Origin: Octopus vulgaris
Lineage: Eukaryota
Direction: 5' to 3'
Length of the DNA stretch: 64,000 nt
Assembly (NCBI GenBank): GCA_951406725.2
Contig: OX597826.1
Span: forward strand, 42,098,001-42,162,000
Shown piece by piece: positions 51,276-64,000 of this stretch. The translations under genes were made by a program, and so were the position numbers. Below the pieces are notes generated by a model. That model was not told the origin of the DNA and ran no database searches. It worked only from the letters and a program-made list of their open reading frames with translations. Numbering within the stretch: the first letter of the stretch is position 1; each line of letters opens with the position of its first letter.

Positions 51276-51922
51276 GATATATATATGTGTATGTGTGTGT
51301 ATGTATATATATGTATATTTGTATGTATACATTAATACATTTACAAAATTAAACACCCATCCACCTATCACCACTTAATCAAGATCTTTCTACGTTGGGT
51401 GTTTAAATACATAAAAAATGAACCTACCTTAATATCTGGTCAGGATCGATCACAGGTAATCTCCATATGAAATATTGGTATTTAGTCCTGAGATAGCAGC
51501 GACATGAAATAAAACGCACTGTCCCAAGTCATGCCATTCCGTGAAAATGAGCTCACAAATCACCTGTTAGTAAACTATTAACAGGTACTTTTACGTTTCT
51601 TTCCTTTTCTTTTTGTTTTTAATGCTCTGTTTGTGTACAAATGTACCCTAAGTATGGGTGTATCTGCGTATGAATTGATGTGTGCTTGTTTTGTGGGAAT
51701 GGGTGTCTGAGTGTGTATAGTTATGTGTGTGTGCGTCTGATTATTTGTATATATTCATTTTGCATGTATGTAAGTATATATGAACGTTTATGTATATGTA
51801 TGTATACATGTGATATGTATGTACATATATATGTATATATGTGTTGTGTGTATGTACATGTATGTGTGCGTGCGTGTTTATACATATCTATCTGTCTGTC
51901 TATCTGTCTGTCTATCTGTCTG

Positions 51923-51993
<71 letters not shown>

Positions 51994-52983
51994 GTCTATC
52001 TATCTATCTAACAATCTATCTGTCTCTCTGTCTATCTATCTATCTACATATGTATATATGTACTTGGATGTATTCGTGCGTTTGTATTCGTCTATATAAA
52101 TGTGTGTTCTTATGTAAACGTGTAAAGCATAGACTGTACATGTGTGTAACAGACATAGCTTGTTTATATTATATGTGTGTGTGCGCGTGTGTGTGTATAT
52201 ATATATATATATGTGTATATATGTGTGTGTGCTCGCGCGCCTGTGTTTTGAATAAAATATACATTTTGACTCAACAAGACTTACTTTCAAATTTGGGGTA
52301 TTTTCTGTCTTCGCGCATTTGTTTTACGTAATAACGAATAACAGTGGTGCATGTAACGTGTGTGTGCGCGTGTGGGGTGTAATAGGGGTGTGAGTTGTAT
52401 AAGGTGCCTCGATCCATCCAACACCATCCAGGGTAACTTTGTTTTCACACAATGAATCGAGGTTTATACGATCCGATGAATCTCTCTTTCCTTTTCTTTT
52501 TTTCTCCCATGACGACAACGTACCATTTGAAGGATATGTCTGGCTGCTACTTTTAGCAAGTCGAATGACTTCACAGATCGTCCCATGACTCGTTGGTGTG
52601 AAGTGTGTACACGGATGCAAGGAAGCTGTCGGGTAGTTAGTCGCCTTCTTCGGAGGAGTAAATAAATAGGTGTAAGCTGAAGTTGACGGCCCCACCTATG
52701 CCTGTCTCTCTGTCTCTCTGTCTCTCCGTCTGTCTGCCTCTCTCTGCCGCCCTCCACTCTGCCCTTCTTTCCCTGCTAATTTTCTTTCTTTTCCTTTGCT
52801 TCCTTAACCTTCTGCTCTGTTGATTCTCTCTCGTTATCAACCAACAATCCTAAACATAACACATATGAACAAACGTTGAAAACACACAGCAGAAAAACAT
52901 TCTAGACAAAACTTAAACGCGTGTGTCCCGCGCCTGACTTCCTTACTTCCTTTTCTTCTTTCTTCATTCCTTTTCATTCTATT

Positions 52984-53019
<36 letters not shown>

Positions 53020-53194
53020 GTATTTTGCTTTGTAGCATTTAAAACTGTTCTTCTTTTATTTTCTTATTAAAATTTTCGTATGTTTCTGCGACCTTCATTA
53101 TCGCCGCCTCTACCAACGCTGCACCAGCGACGCCAGCGCCCCACCCCCAACTATTACCGCGTCTGTAGCCAACGCCTGAACCAACGAAGAAACC

Positions 53195-53540
53195 TCTCGC
53201 TACCTGGTTGTTCGACTCGGTGGAAATAGTAGCCAAAATTTCCCTCAAATCACATCTTACCTTCTTAAAAACAGGACACGTTGGATACTGTGTTCCCGAG
53301 TTCTACGTACAAAGAAAAAGAACGGGGTGGTCACGTATGGAATTCCTCTGATTATAAGATCAACTCGGCCTTTCGGGGTCGATAAATTAAGTACCAGTTA
53401 CCCAATGGGGTCGATGTAATCGACTTAATCCCTTTGTCTGTCCTTGTTTGTCACCTCTATGTTTAGCCCCTTGTGGACAATAAAGAAATATATAAGATCA
53501 ACTCGTCCAGCTGACCTGGGGCTAAACAACAAAGCAATAA
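53195..53540 (+). mobile_element. Old dispersed repeat interrupted by a truncated OK-like SINE (53368-53490, 15-bp TSD)
   Basis: TSD tataagatcaactcg at 53353-53367 and 53491-53505; the host family (gaaatagtagccaaa...ctgacctggggctaaac) also occurs near 13980, 44010 and 49760. Confidence 0.82.
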
Positions 53541-53727
53541 CAGCAATTATCATCATCACTAACCTAACTAAATTATGCCAGTATTAAGGAAAGCGACCAC
53601 TATGTGATCACTCGATCAGCTAGAAATAATACCTAAATGTTCTGAAATTATGAGTGTCTTAAAAAAAAAAAGGACACACTAGAAAATGCAATTCAGAGAA
53701 TATGGATATTTTCGGTTCGGCTGCACC

Positions 53728-54138
53728 TCTTTTACTTGTTTCAGTCATTTGACTGCGGCCATGCTGGAGCACCGCTTTTAGTCGAACAAATCGACCCCAG
53801 GACTTATTCTTTGTAAACCTAGTACTTAGTCCTATCGGTCTCTTTTGCCAAACCGCTAAGTTACGGGGACGTAAACACACCACTATCGGTTGTCAAACGA
53901 TGTTGGGGGGACAAACACAGACACACAAACATATACACACACATACATATATATATATATATACATTCATATATACAACGGGCTTCTTTCAGTCTCCGTC
54001 TACCAAATCCACTCACAAGGCTTTGGTCGGCCCGAGGTTATAGTAGAAGACACTTGCCCAAGTTGCCACGCAGTAGGACTGAACCCAGAACCATGTGGTT
54101 GGTAAGCAAGCTACTTACTATACAGCCACTCCTACTCC
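53728..54138 (-). mobile_element. Full-length SINE family C
   Basis: Reverse complement of 35059-35478. Confidence 0.92.
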
Positions 54139-54689
54139 TATACTTACCACACAACCACTCCTACGCACCTGTGGAAATTTTAGTGAAAACTTTTAAAATT
54201 TGGTGTATTGATACAATTTTCCTCTCTGAAACTCAGGGGATATTTGACTTTTACCAGAAAAATGTAAATATAAATGCTTGGCAAAAGAAGAAAAACAAAA
54301 AAAAAAAATTGATAATAGCTCGATTAGAATTAATCAGGGGTTGAAAACAACAACTTCTCTGATTTAGATAGAAAGCCTGAAGGTTCTGAAAGGAGAGGAC
54401 CAGTCGATACTTTCGGGACCTCTGTCTAATTGGTACTTTATTTAATCGAAACCAGAAGAATGAAAGGTAAAATCTGAATTCGACGGAATTTTAACTCAGA
54501 ACATGAGTAGCCGGATGAAATTCTCCAGAGCATGTCTTTAAGGATTCTACCAACGAATGTTTTTTTGTCTTTTTTTTCCTGGCTGTGTGGCAAGAGGTTT
54601 GCTTCCCAACCACAGGGTTTCTGGTTCAGTCCAAAAGCTTGGTTAGTGGACGGAAACTGAAAGAAGCCCCTCTTTATATATATATATAT

Positions 54690-54820
54690 AGTTAATCCAA
54701 ACATGAAAACACCAAGAGAAAACACAACAACGCGAGGACGTGGAACAAATATAGTATTATTGGACGCTCAGGAAGGAAGGGAAGAAGGAGAGCTTTACGT
54801 TTCGAGAGGAGCTCTTCGTC

Positions 54821-54823
<3 letters not shown>
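54690..54823 (-). mobile_element. Hammerhead-bearing repeat, truncated by (TA)n
   Basis: 54793-54823(-): CTGACGAA-gagc tcct ctc-GAAAC-GTA-aag; the flank matches 51080-51210. Confidence 0.72.
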
Positions 54824-54892
<69 letters not shown>

Positions 54893-55614
54893 TGTTCTTT
54901 TCTTATGATGATAGGCCTTTGCGCCTGAAATATAAAGCTTTTATAAAAGTATAAAGTATTCGTATTGTCAGAAGCTTTCTATTCCCTCTCTTTTTACCTT
55001 CTTCGATATTACAATACTTCAAGCGAACTGCAACGGTATGCGCGTGTGTGTGTGTGTCGGTGCATGTGACATGTGTCTGTGTATGTGTTTGTCCCTCACC
55101 ACCGTTTGACAACCGGTGATGGTGTGCTTACGTCCCTGTAACTTAGCTAGCAGTTCGGCCAAGTAGCCGATAGAATAAGTACCAGTCTTGTAGAATAAAT
55201 AAATAAAGTCCTGCTGTTCATTCATTCGACTAAAACACTCCAAGGCGTTGCTCCAGCATGGCCGCAATGTAATGACTGAAACAAATAAAATAGATAAAAG
55301 AGATAAAGAGACAAAGAGGTATTAGGCTAAATGAGACCTGTGTGTGTGTGTGTATGTGAGTGGTGAGAAGGGCGGTACCAGTTGATATCGTCAATCACAG
55401 TTCCCGGAAAGTACTTCATCCAGTACTTCATCCTTTTGAGCGATGAATGGCAAAGGTGGCCTTGATGAGACATAACAAATAGTGGATGGATGTGTGGTAA
55501 GAAGCTTGCTTCCCAACCACAGGGTTTCTGGTTCAGTCCACTGCGTGACACCTTGGGCAAGTGTCTTTTACTATAGTCTCGGGCTGACCAAAGCCTTGTG
55601 AGAAGCCCTTTGTA

Positions 55615-55667
<53 letters not shown>

Positions 55668-55671
<4 letters not shown>

Positions 55672-55960
55672 TCTTTATTACCCACAAGGGGCTAAACATA
55701 GAGGGGACAAACAAGGACAGACAAACGGATTAAGTCGATTACATCGACCCCAGTGCGTAACTGGTACTTAATTTATCGACCCCGAAAGGATGAAAGGCAA
55801 AGTCGACCTCGGCGGAATTTGAACTCAGAGCGTAGCGACGGGCGAAATACCACGAAGCACTTCGCCCGGCGTGCTAACGATTCTGCCAGCTCGCCGCCTT
55901 TTCTGTCAGCTCGCCGCCTTTTCTGCCAGCTCGCCACCTTTCCTGCCAGGTCGCCGCCTT
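55668..55960 (-). mobile_element. OK-like SINE with its first 20 nt repeated four times
   Basis: ttctgccagctcgccgcctt x4 at 55881-55960. Confidence 0.93.
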
Positions 55961-55971
55961 ATATATATATA

Positions 55972-56452
<481 letters not shown>

Positions 56453-57475
56453 TAGTTGGAAATATATATATAATTATTTATATTATTATATACATGTGGG
56501 TGTATGTCTCTTTGTGCCTGTGTGTGTCTCCCACCACCGCTTAACAACCGATGCCAGTGTGTTTGTTACCATGACCAAGCGGTTCAGGCAAATATATCGA
56601 TAGAATAGATACTAGGCGTTACAAAAAAAAAGTCCTTGGGTCGATTTATTCGACTGAAACCGACCAAGGCGGTGCTCCAGTATGACTGCAGTCAAATGAC
56701 GACCAATTAACAAGAAAAGGATAAAAAAAACACCGAACTCCCACCTACACCTGCCATAATTCCCAACTCCCACACTTCTACCCATTCTTCCCATAAACAC
56801 CAGCCATAGAGGAAAACAAACAAAAAAAGATTTAAAAAAAAAAAAAACAGTTACAAAGACAAACATCTGCGAAGGGACATTAAAAGAAGCTTTAAGGCGC
56901 GCAGTTGATGGCAAAGACTGGGTGTGGTTAGAAGTCGGTTTGTAAATCGACCAGAAGTAGTAGTGTTTCATAAGAAGAATCACTTTCATAGCAGCAGAGA
57001 AGATAGTGCTTTTTTTTTTTTTATTTTTTTACTTTTTATGTGTGTGAATGTATGAATGGGTGTGTCTGTCAATACGTCTGTAGGGTGTGTACAGATACTT
57101 GTTCGTACGGATGACTATGTTACTAAACATACATACATACACACTCGAAAACATAAATGCACACAGCACATAGACACACAAACACGCACGCTTAAACACA
57201 GACATATATGCAAACATGAGCGTGTGTGTCTGTATATGTATATATATATACATACACACACATACAAATATATATGTGTTTGTGCGCCTGTGTGTGTGTG
57301 TATGTGCTATGTTTTATGTTCCTACATACTTACACAAGCATATATAAGCATGCTTACGAATATATAAACATCTATCTATCTATCTATAATACACACACAC
57401 TCTCTCTCATATACACATATATACATACACACATGCATACATACATATACTTATGTATGTATGCATGCATGTATG

Positions 57476-57525
<50 letters not shown>

Positions 57526-57536
57526 TGAGTGTGTAT

Positions 57537-57576
<40 letters not shown>

Positions 57577-57657
57577 TATATGTGTATATATATATATATA
57601 TATATAAACCTTGGATGGAATGAGAAATATCAGAAGGAAACATCGACAGGGCAATAG

Positions 57658-57697
<40 letters not shown>

Positions 57698-57843
57698 ACA
57701 CACTTTCATACATACACGCACACATACATACACAAACGCGCGCGCACACTCATATATTCACAGAATAATATAACACTCAATTTGAGTGAATATGAATTCT
57801 TGTGATGTCTACGTTTAACATGTTGAGTATGTATGTCTGTGTG

Positions 57844-57893
<50 letters not shown>

Positions 57894-58098
57894 ATCACAG
57901 AAGTATGTCCAATACTGATGGCTGATGTTGGCCGATGTTAACAAACAGACTGGGTGGGACCCGCCCTTGATACATCCACTCGTAAGGTAATATGTACTCC
58001 TTATTGTATGTGTTTATCACAAAATGTGACACACCCAGATGTAAACACACGAAAATATGACACTATAAACTGTGTTTTAATATATGTATGTATGTATG

Positions 58099-58152
<54 letters not shown>

Positions 58153-58287
58153 CAGACACACACACACAGATATATATATGTGTGTGTATATATATGAGAT
58201 GTAGAAGGTTCTTGATTAGATAAATTAAGATGTACCTTTTGAGGTTTGGGTGACTTTTTACTACACACGCATACACTTGCATATATG

Positions 58288-58318
<31 letters not shown>

Positions 58319-58670
58319 ATGTGTAAGTGTGTGTGTGTGTGTATGTATGTCTATACATGTCAACTTATATAGAGGTTTTTATGTACATTTAATACTATAT
58401 ATAAATGTATATATGTGCATATTCACATACAAGCATATGCATATATGTGTACATATGTAAATAGGCATACACATATGTTTAAACATACGTATATATGTAT
58501 ATATGCGCATATTTACATATATAAATATAGACACACACACATAAGCACACAAATACACACACAAACAGTTGATACATAAGATTAGCAAATACTCCGGCAT
58601 AACACTTGAAAATAAAATCCAGACATTTTGAAATATATATATATATATACACATGCATATATAGACATGC

Positions 58671-58864
<194 letters not shown>

Positions 58865-59169
58865 CTTTTTATTGTGGCCACACAGGGCTAAACAGAAAAT
58901 ATGGACGAAATACAATGTAGAGTTTTTCTTTTCGGGGTGGGATGGGTGGGACACATAGAAAAACGTTTGATCAATAGGGATCTGTGGGTTATGTGGTGTA
59001 TAAAAAGCAATATATATAAAGTTCCCCCCAAAAGAGGGCGGGGGATCGCTATTGTTCACAGTTTAGGTGTAGCCTTGGAAAGAAAAACCTACAAAAAAGA
59101 CCAAGATCACCTCAGACAGTTCGAAATGTCCACTAGAGTAAGTACCTTACCTCTCGTTGTCTCTTTTGG

Positions 59170-62100
59170 TTACAGATTTACGCTTAAAATGGTGTCGTCT
59201 TTCATACTGACCATTTTTGCCACATTTACCCACTTTTTATTGAAACATTCATTCGACAAAGCCTTCCTCTCTATTCTCATCCTCCTTTTCAACTGGTACT
59301 TGAAAAAGTTGACGAGCGACTGACCAGAGAGCAAAGTGTTTGTTTGTAGCCCTTTCAAACGCGTCCACCACACACATTCTTTCGCCATAGCCATCAGTGT
59401 TACGAAAACCGTTTTCCCTTCCCGTTTAAAGGAAGGTGGTGGAACAATATTCACGATAGACTCGGCCGATAAGCGGGCCCGTCCTACACGCGACAACAGC
59501 TGTTCGACGAAGGTCCACAGTTCTGAAATATCTGGACACTGCACGAGTGCGTGCAGAACGGTTTCGTCGTTCTGACCGCATCTCGGGCAGGTCGGTCCGG
59601 TGGTGCTTTTCGAACAGTGCCTGTAGCTCTTCTCTCGAACAGGTAGTGCGTCTCGATAGCATTGCCAAGCCAGGTCTCTGGAAGTTATCCATAGGCCCCG
59701 GCCCGAACGTCGTCCTGAAAAGGCGGGTTAGGAATTTCTCGTCGACGCGCAGGTTTGCCCCGAGTGTGTCGTCGGACCTCCCCTCCACTAGTTCGGTCAG
59801 TGAGACGAGCTGCGGGAAGGCGCGCCTCACAAACGGCGCCCACACCTGTTCACCGTCATCGATGAAGTTCCAGAGATGTCGCAGTCTCAGCGCATGCCTG
59901 CGCATCATCAATCACGGCATGCTCAGTCCTCCATTTAACGGATGTTGACAGCAGATCGACCGACTCACCATCGGAACGCCACCCTTCCACAGAAAGCGGA
60001 AGAGTATGCGTTCCAGTTTGGTGATGGTAGCGTCGGGACAAGGCCCGACGGTCAGGCGGTACTCGATGACGGATGCGATGTACGCGTTCGCCACCTCCGC
60101 CCAACCTTTTAGAGACAGCTTTCTCTCGGCCCATGTTTGGCTGACAGCGACTATTCTACTCGTGATCTCGTCCCAGTTCTTATCCATTTGGAGGTCCGGA
60201 CTGAACCAAACCCCGAGCAATTTAACCGGTCCGTCCGTCCAGCGTCCCACTACTGACTCGCAGTTGGACGGTATGTGCTTGCTTCTCCAGGTGCCGAGTA
60301 GCAAACCCACATACTTTTCCGGGTTAATTTTCGCTCCCGTCACCGTTTCGTATTCTTTTAGTGTCTCGTCTATCATCTGGATGTGTTTTTCGCTCGACAC
60401 TATGACGGTGACATCGTCTGCATATGCCGACACGCTCGTCCCGTAACCCAGTTCCCGTGGGATGCCCCTCAGTGTCGCCAGCTTCCGCGGTAGCGGCTCG
60501 AGAGTCAATGCATACAGAAGCGCTGACAGGGGACATCCCTGACGGACCGAACGCGTGATGTCAAACGGTTTCGACAGATGACCGTTCACCCGAATTACTG
60601 ATCGGATGCCGCTATACAAGGCAGCGATCCAACCGCGGAAGACGGGACCAAAGCCAGCCGCCCTGAGGACGGCCGCCAAGTACCGATGGTCAACCCTATC
60701 GAAGGCTTTAGACTGATCCAAACTGATCAGCGCCCCACCCATGCCAGGATCCTTAACTACCCTGTCCAGGATGTAGCGCATCAGATGGAGGATGTCATGT
60801 ATGGTTCTGCCCGGCACGGCGCATGTTTGCGCCCTGTCGACCAGTTTACCAATGACAAGCACCAACCTCTCGGCTATTACTTTGGCCAAAATTTTCAAAT
60901 CTGCGTTGAGCAGAGTGATGGGCCTGAAATTATCTATAAATTTCCCCTTGTTTGGGTCTTTCTTCATTAACGTCACTGCGCCTCGGCTCACGAAACTGGG
61001 GTTTCTCCCGTTTTGTTGCCAGTTGCAGTAGACTGATGCCAAGACGTCACCAAACAAGTCTGGCATTTGACAATACAGCTCGTAGGGTAGACCATCCAAT
61101 TCAGGCGACTTATCCCTCGCGCAGCCCGCCATCGCAACCCGCACGTCGGCGGCTGTGATGGGACTTTCACAACACTCCGCTTTCCTTGCCGAGAGCCGCG
61201 GCAGGTCGGTCAGGTAGGCACTGAAATCCATCCCGCGTTCCGACCCACCACTCGCACCAAACAGTCGAGCAAAGTGCTGTTGAAAGGCCTCACACATCCT
61301 TTCGTATTCGAGTAAATTGCATCCCTGTTGATCTATTAGAGACCGAATGGTGGCTCTGTTGCCACGTTGCGCCTCCGCTACTCGGGCATCTAGCGCAGCT
61401 TCGATCCCTTCGTTCCTTAAGGCACGCATTTTAGCTCTGACGACGCAACCTTCGTGTTTGGCGTTGAGGTGTTGGTCGAGGGCCATCCTCGCAGCCAGCA
61501 CGCTGGTTGCGCTGCCAGTGGTAAGTGCCTCTTCTAGTTTCTTAACCAAGTCTCCCTCTACTCTATTTCGATCTATCGCTAATTCCTTGCTAAACCTAAT
61601 TGATTCCGATTTTATTGCCATTTTCAGGGCGAACCACCTGCGGTTGTTAACGATGGCTCTCGCCAACGCCCTCTTAATTAACTCGCTAATCCGGTTCCTG
61701 TAAACCTGTCGCGCTAAGAGCGACGTGTTCAGTTTCCAGTTACCGGGACCCTGTCTATGTGTCTTATCTAAGTCGAGCGTACACGTCACAAATTTGTGAT
61801 CTGTGTAGCTGACTATTTTAAATTGTGGACATCCTACACTATCCCTATCCTCTGTCCTGCATAGAATTCTATCTAGATAAGATCTCGACGATCCGACGCG
61901 GTTTGTCCAAGTCCACGTTGGCACATTCGGATGGTCGAGTCGGAACCTGTCAGACAAATGGAAACGTCTGAGCAGGTCTTTGAGGTACTTACACCCCCTT
62001 CTATTCCTATCCATTTCCACATAGTCCAGATGCGTGTCCAAGGTAGCGTTCCAATCCCCTACTAACAGTAAAGGTCTAGACGTACCCAGGAAAACGTCTA

Positions 62101-62476
62101 GACGTCTGAAGAAATCTACCCGACCCGTTAAAGACGGTGCATAAACTGCCATCAGACGGAATGCACACCCATTTCTGCCATCCACGTCCAAGACAACCAG
62201 CTTACCCTCCGGGTCTAGGAATATTGTTCTTACTTTTACATTTAGACTCTTTCAAAAAAGCACCGCGGTACCCCCACCAACCATGTTCGGCAGACAGGGA
62301 GAAAAATAAATGTCGAATTGACCGCCAAACATGGACGCGAGGGCCCGCGGCTTGCTGAGTCTGGTTTCACTGATAGCTACTATATCCACGTTCAGTGACT
62401 TGATGTCGTTTAGAAGGTAACCTTGCTTTCAAGCCAACGCCAAGCCACGCACATTCACACAACCTAATTTAAGCAT
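59170..62476 (-). pseudogene. LINE ORF2: AP endonuclease, reverse transcriptase, C-terminal CCHC; frameshifted
   Basis: Starts MLKLGCVNVRGL at 62476; GDWN, SYLDR, YTDH (APE); NFRPITLLNADLKIL, LDQSKAFDRVDH, VRQGCPLS, AYADD (RT); CPRCGQNDETVLHALVQC. The longest open piece is 59912-62191. Confidence 0.93.
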
Positions 62477-62535
62477 AATTGATGTTTAAGAAATTTGTGC
62501 TTCTCACACTACATTGAAAGAGACAAGAGCGAAAG

Positions 62536-64000
62536 TCACCTACTCATTTCGAAAGTTTGAGTTTTTTCTTCTTCTTTTGAAATGTCTTTGAGGAGGTGTT
62601 TGTAAAGTTTTTTAGACAAGTACTTTTGAACCCCCTTGACTGCATTTGGAAAGATGGTTTTGAGTGTGTGGTGCTGTGTTTGTGTTATGTGTTCAATTTT
62701 TACGTGTGTCGGTGGTGTAGTGCGTGGATGATTATTTACTTCAAAGTCATCTTCACAGATGTTTGTGTTAGATGCAATGTATTCCATTAGTTTTTTTATT
62801 GTCCGTGTCTATTGCTGTTAGACGTGTGCGTGGTTTTGTGGAGTCATTGATGGTTTGATTGTCTAAGGGGGGGGGGGCTGTCAGGAGTTAAATATCTCCC
62901 TGCTTTACTTGCTTGTTTGGTGGTCTTTTTTGATCTTTTCCTTTTACCCCCTGTGGCTATTTGCCATTCCGTCGAACTTTCGTCGTTGGACGAAGAGTCT
63001 GACGAATCAGAAGGAGGTAAAGGCAAAGCATTTGCGTTAATATGTATGTTTGTAGAAAGTGTTGTTGTTTTGTGCGGTGTTTGTGTTGTTGTGGTGTTAG
63101 GAGTAGAATTTGTCTTCTCGTCACTGTTATCTGTTTTTTTAGTTGTCGTCCTTGGTGCTGGTATTGTCTGTCTTTTGATGTTGGTTGTGGTTTCGCTTCT
63201 TTATTTGGTTGCGACGTCAATGGTAATTGTGTTGGTGCTGTTTCTTTTCTTGGTGATGTTGTTGAAGTTTGTTTGCTAGTTTGTTGTTGTTGTTGGCGTT
63301 GTTCCATATTTCTATATAATTCTTGTATCAGTTGTGGGTTTGGTAGTGTTGGCATCAGAGGTTGTTTATTATTTGTTTTCTGATTTGTTTTTTCTTGTTT
63401 TTTCTGTCCCAGAACGCACTTTGCGATTAAGTGGTCTGGGCCGCCACAGATGTAACATCGTGGTTTATTATTCTCCGCTACCACATACATGCTTTGGCCA
63501 TTTTCCAAATATATAATGTTTGGTAAATTCTCGATAGAAGACCCATCGATTTGAAGGGTCACCTCTATCGATTTCCCGCTCCAATTATCATTTTTAACAA
63601 CGGCGATTTCTAAAATGTTAATTGATTTTAAATGATAACATATCGCCGATGTTATCCATTTGGGTGGGATTTCGGGCGGGACATTTTTTATTCTAATTTT
63701 ACTCACTCTTTGTCCCATGTAATATGGGACCATGACGAGTTCTTCATTTCGTAATGTCTCCGTAGTGTGAGCTTTTGCCTCTTCCTAATTATGGAAGCGG
63801 ACTACCACTGTATTAAACTGGGGACCCCAGTTTCTGTATTGTTTTATTTTCATAATATTCTTGGCACATTTTTCAATGTCTGCTTTTGTTACCTGTTCTG
63901 TTTTTTGGGGGGGGGAAATTTTTTTTTATAATTCTATATTAAATTGTTCTCTTCTCCACATCTTTCACATGCTGTGGTGTGTGTAGAATTAAATTTTGTC
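62536..64000 (-). pseudogene. LINE ORF1 (gag-like nucleic-acid-binding protein), disrupted
   Basis: KIRIKNVPPEIP and the zinc knuckle CYICGGPDHLIAKC, then a low-complexity tail with EWQIATGGKRKR; split across frames. Confidence 0.85.

Noticed and set aside
55881-55960. CRISPR-like appearance of short regular repeats (also 48662-48932)
   Set aside because: No unique spacers, no cas genes, eukaryotic context.
59547-61703. Plus-strand ORFs of 68-146 aa opposite LINE ORF2
   Set aside because: Expected antisense shadows of a GC-rich coding strand; no motifs.

Overview
AT-rich eukaryotic DNA, dense in microsatellites and repeats. The SINE families and the (TACA)n/(TA)n/(TG)n load point to an octopus (coleoid cephalopod) genome; this is inference from repeat content. 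No host protein-coding gene could be identified with confidence, and most ORFs in the supplied track are microsatellite artefacts. The window holds a near-complete but frameshifted Tx1/L1-clade LINE (58.9-64 kb), decayed CR1, RTE and R4/Dong-type LINE pieces, mariner/Tc1 relics, several MITEs, a non-autonomous Helitron and about 30 tRNA-derived SINEs. The least-explained signal is a set of hammerhead-ribozyme motifs from at least three unrelated families. They sit in ORF-less fold-back units, mostly next to (TA)n. One is a 939-bp unit with an intact hammerhead core on each strand (36.6-37.5 kb). Also notable: SINEs sharing 3' tails with LINEs in the same window, SINEs nesting at one fixed site inside themselves, head/tail swapping among SINE families, and a 1.1-kb decayed coding relic of unknown origin.
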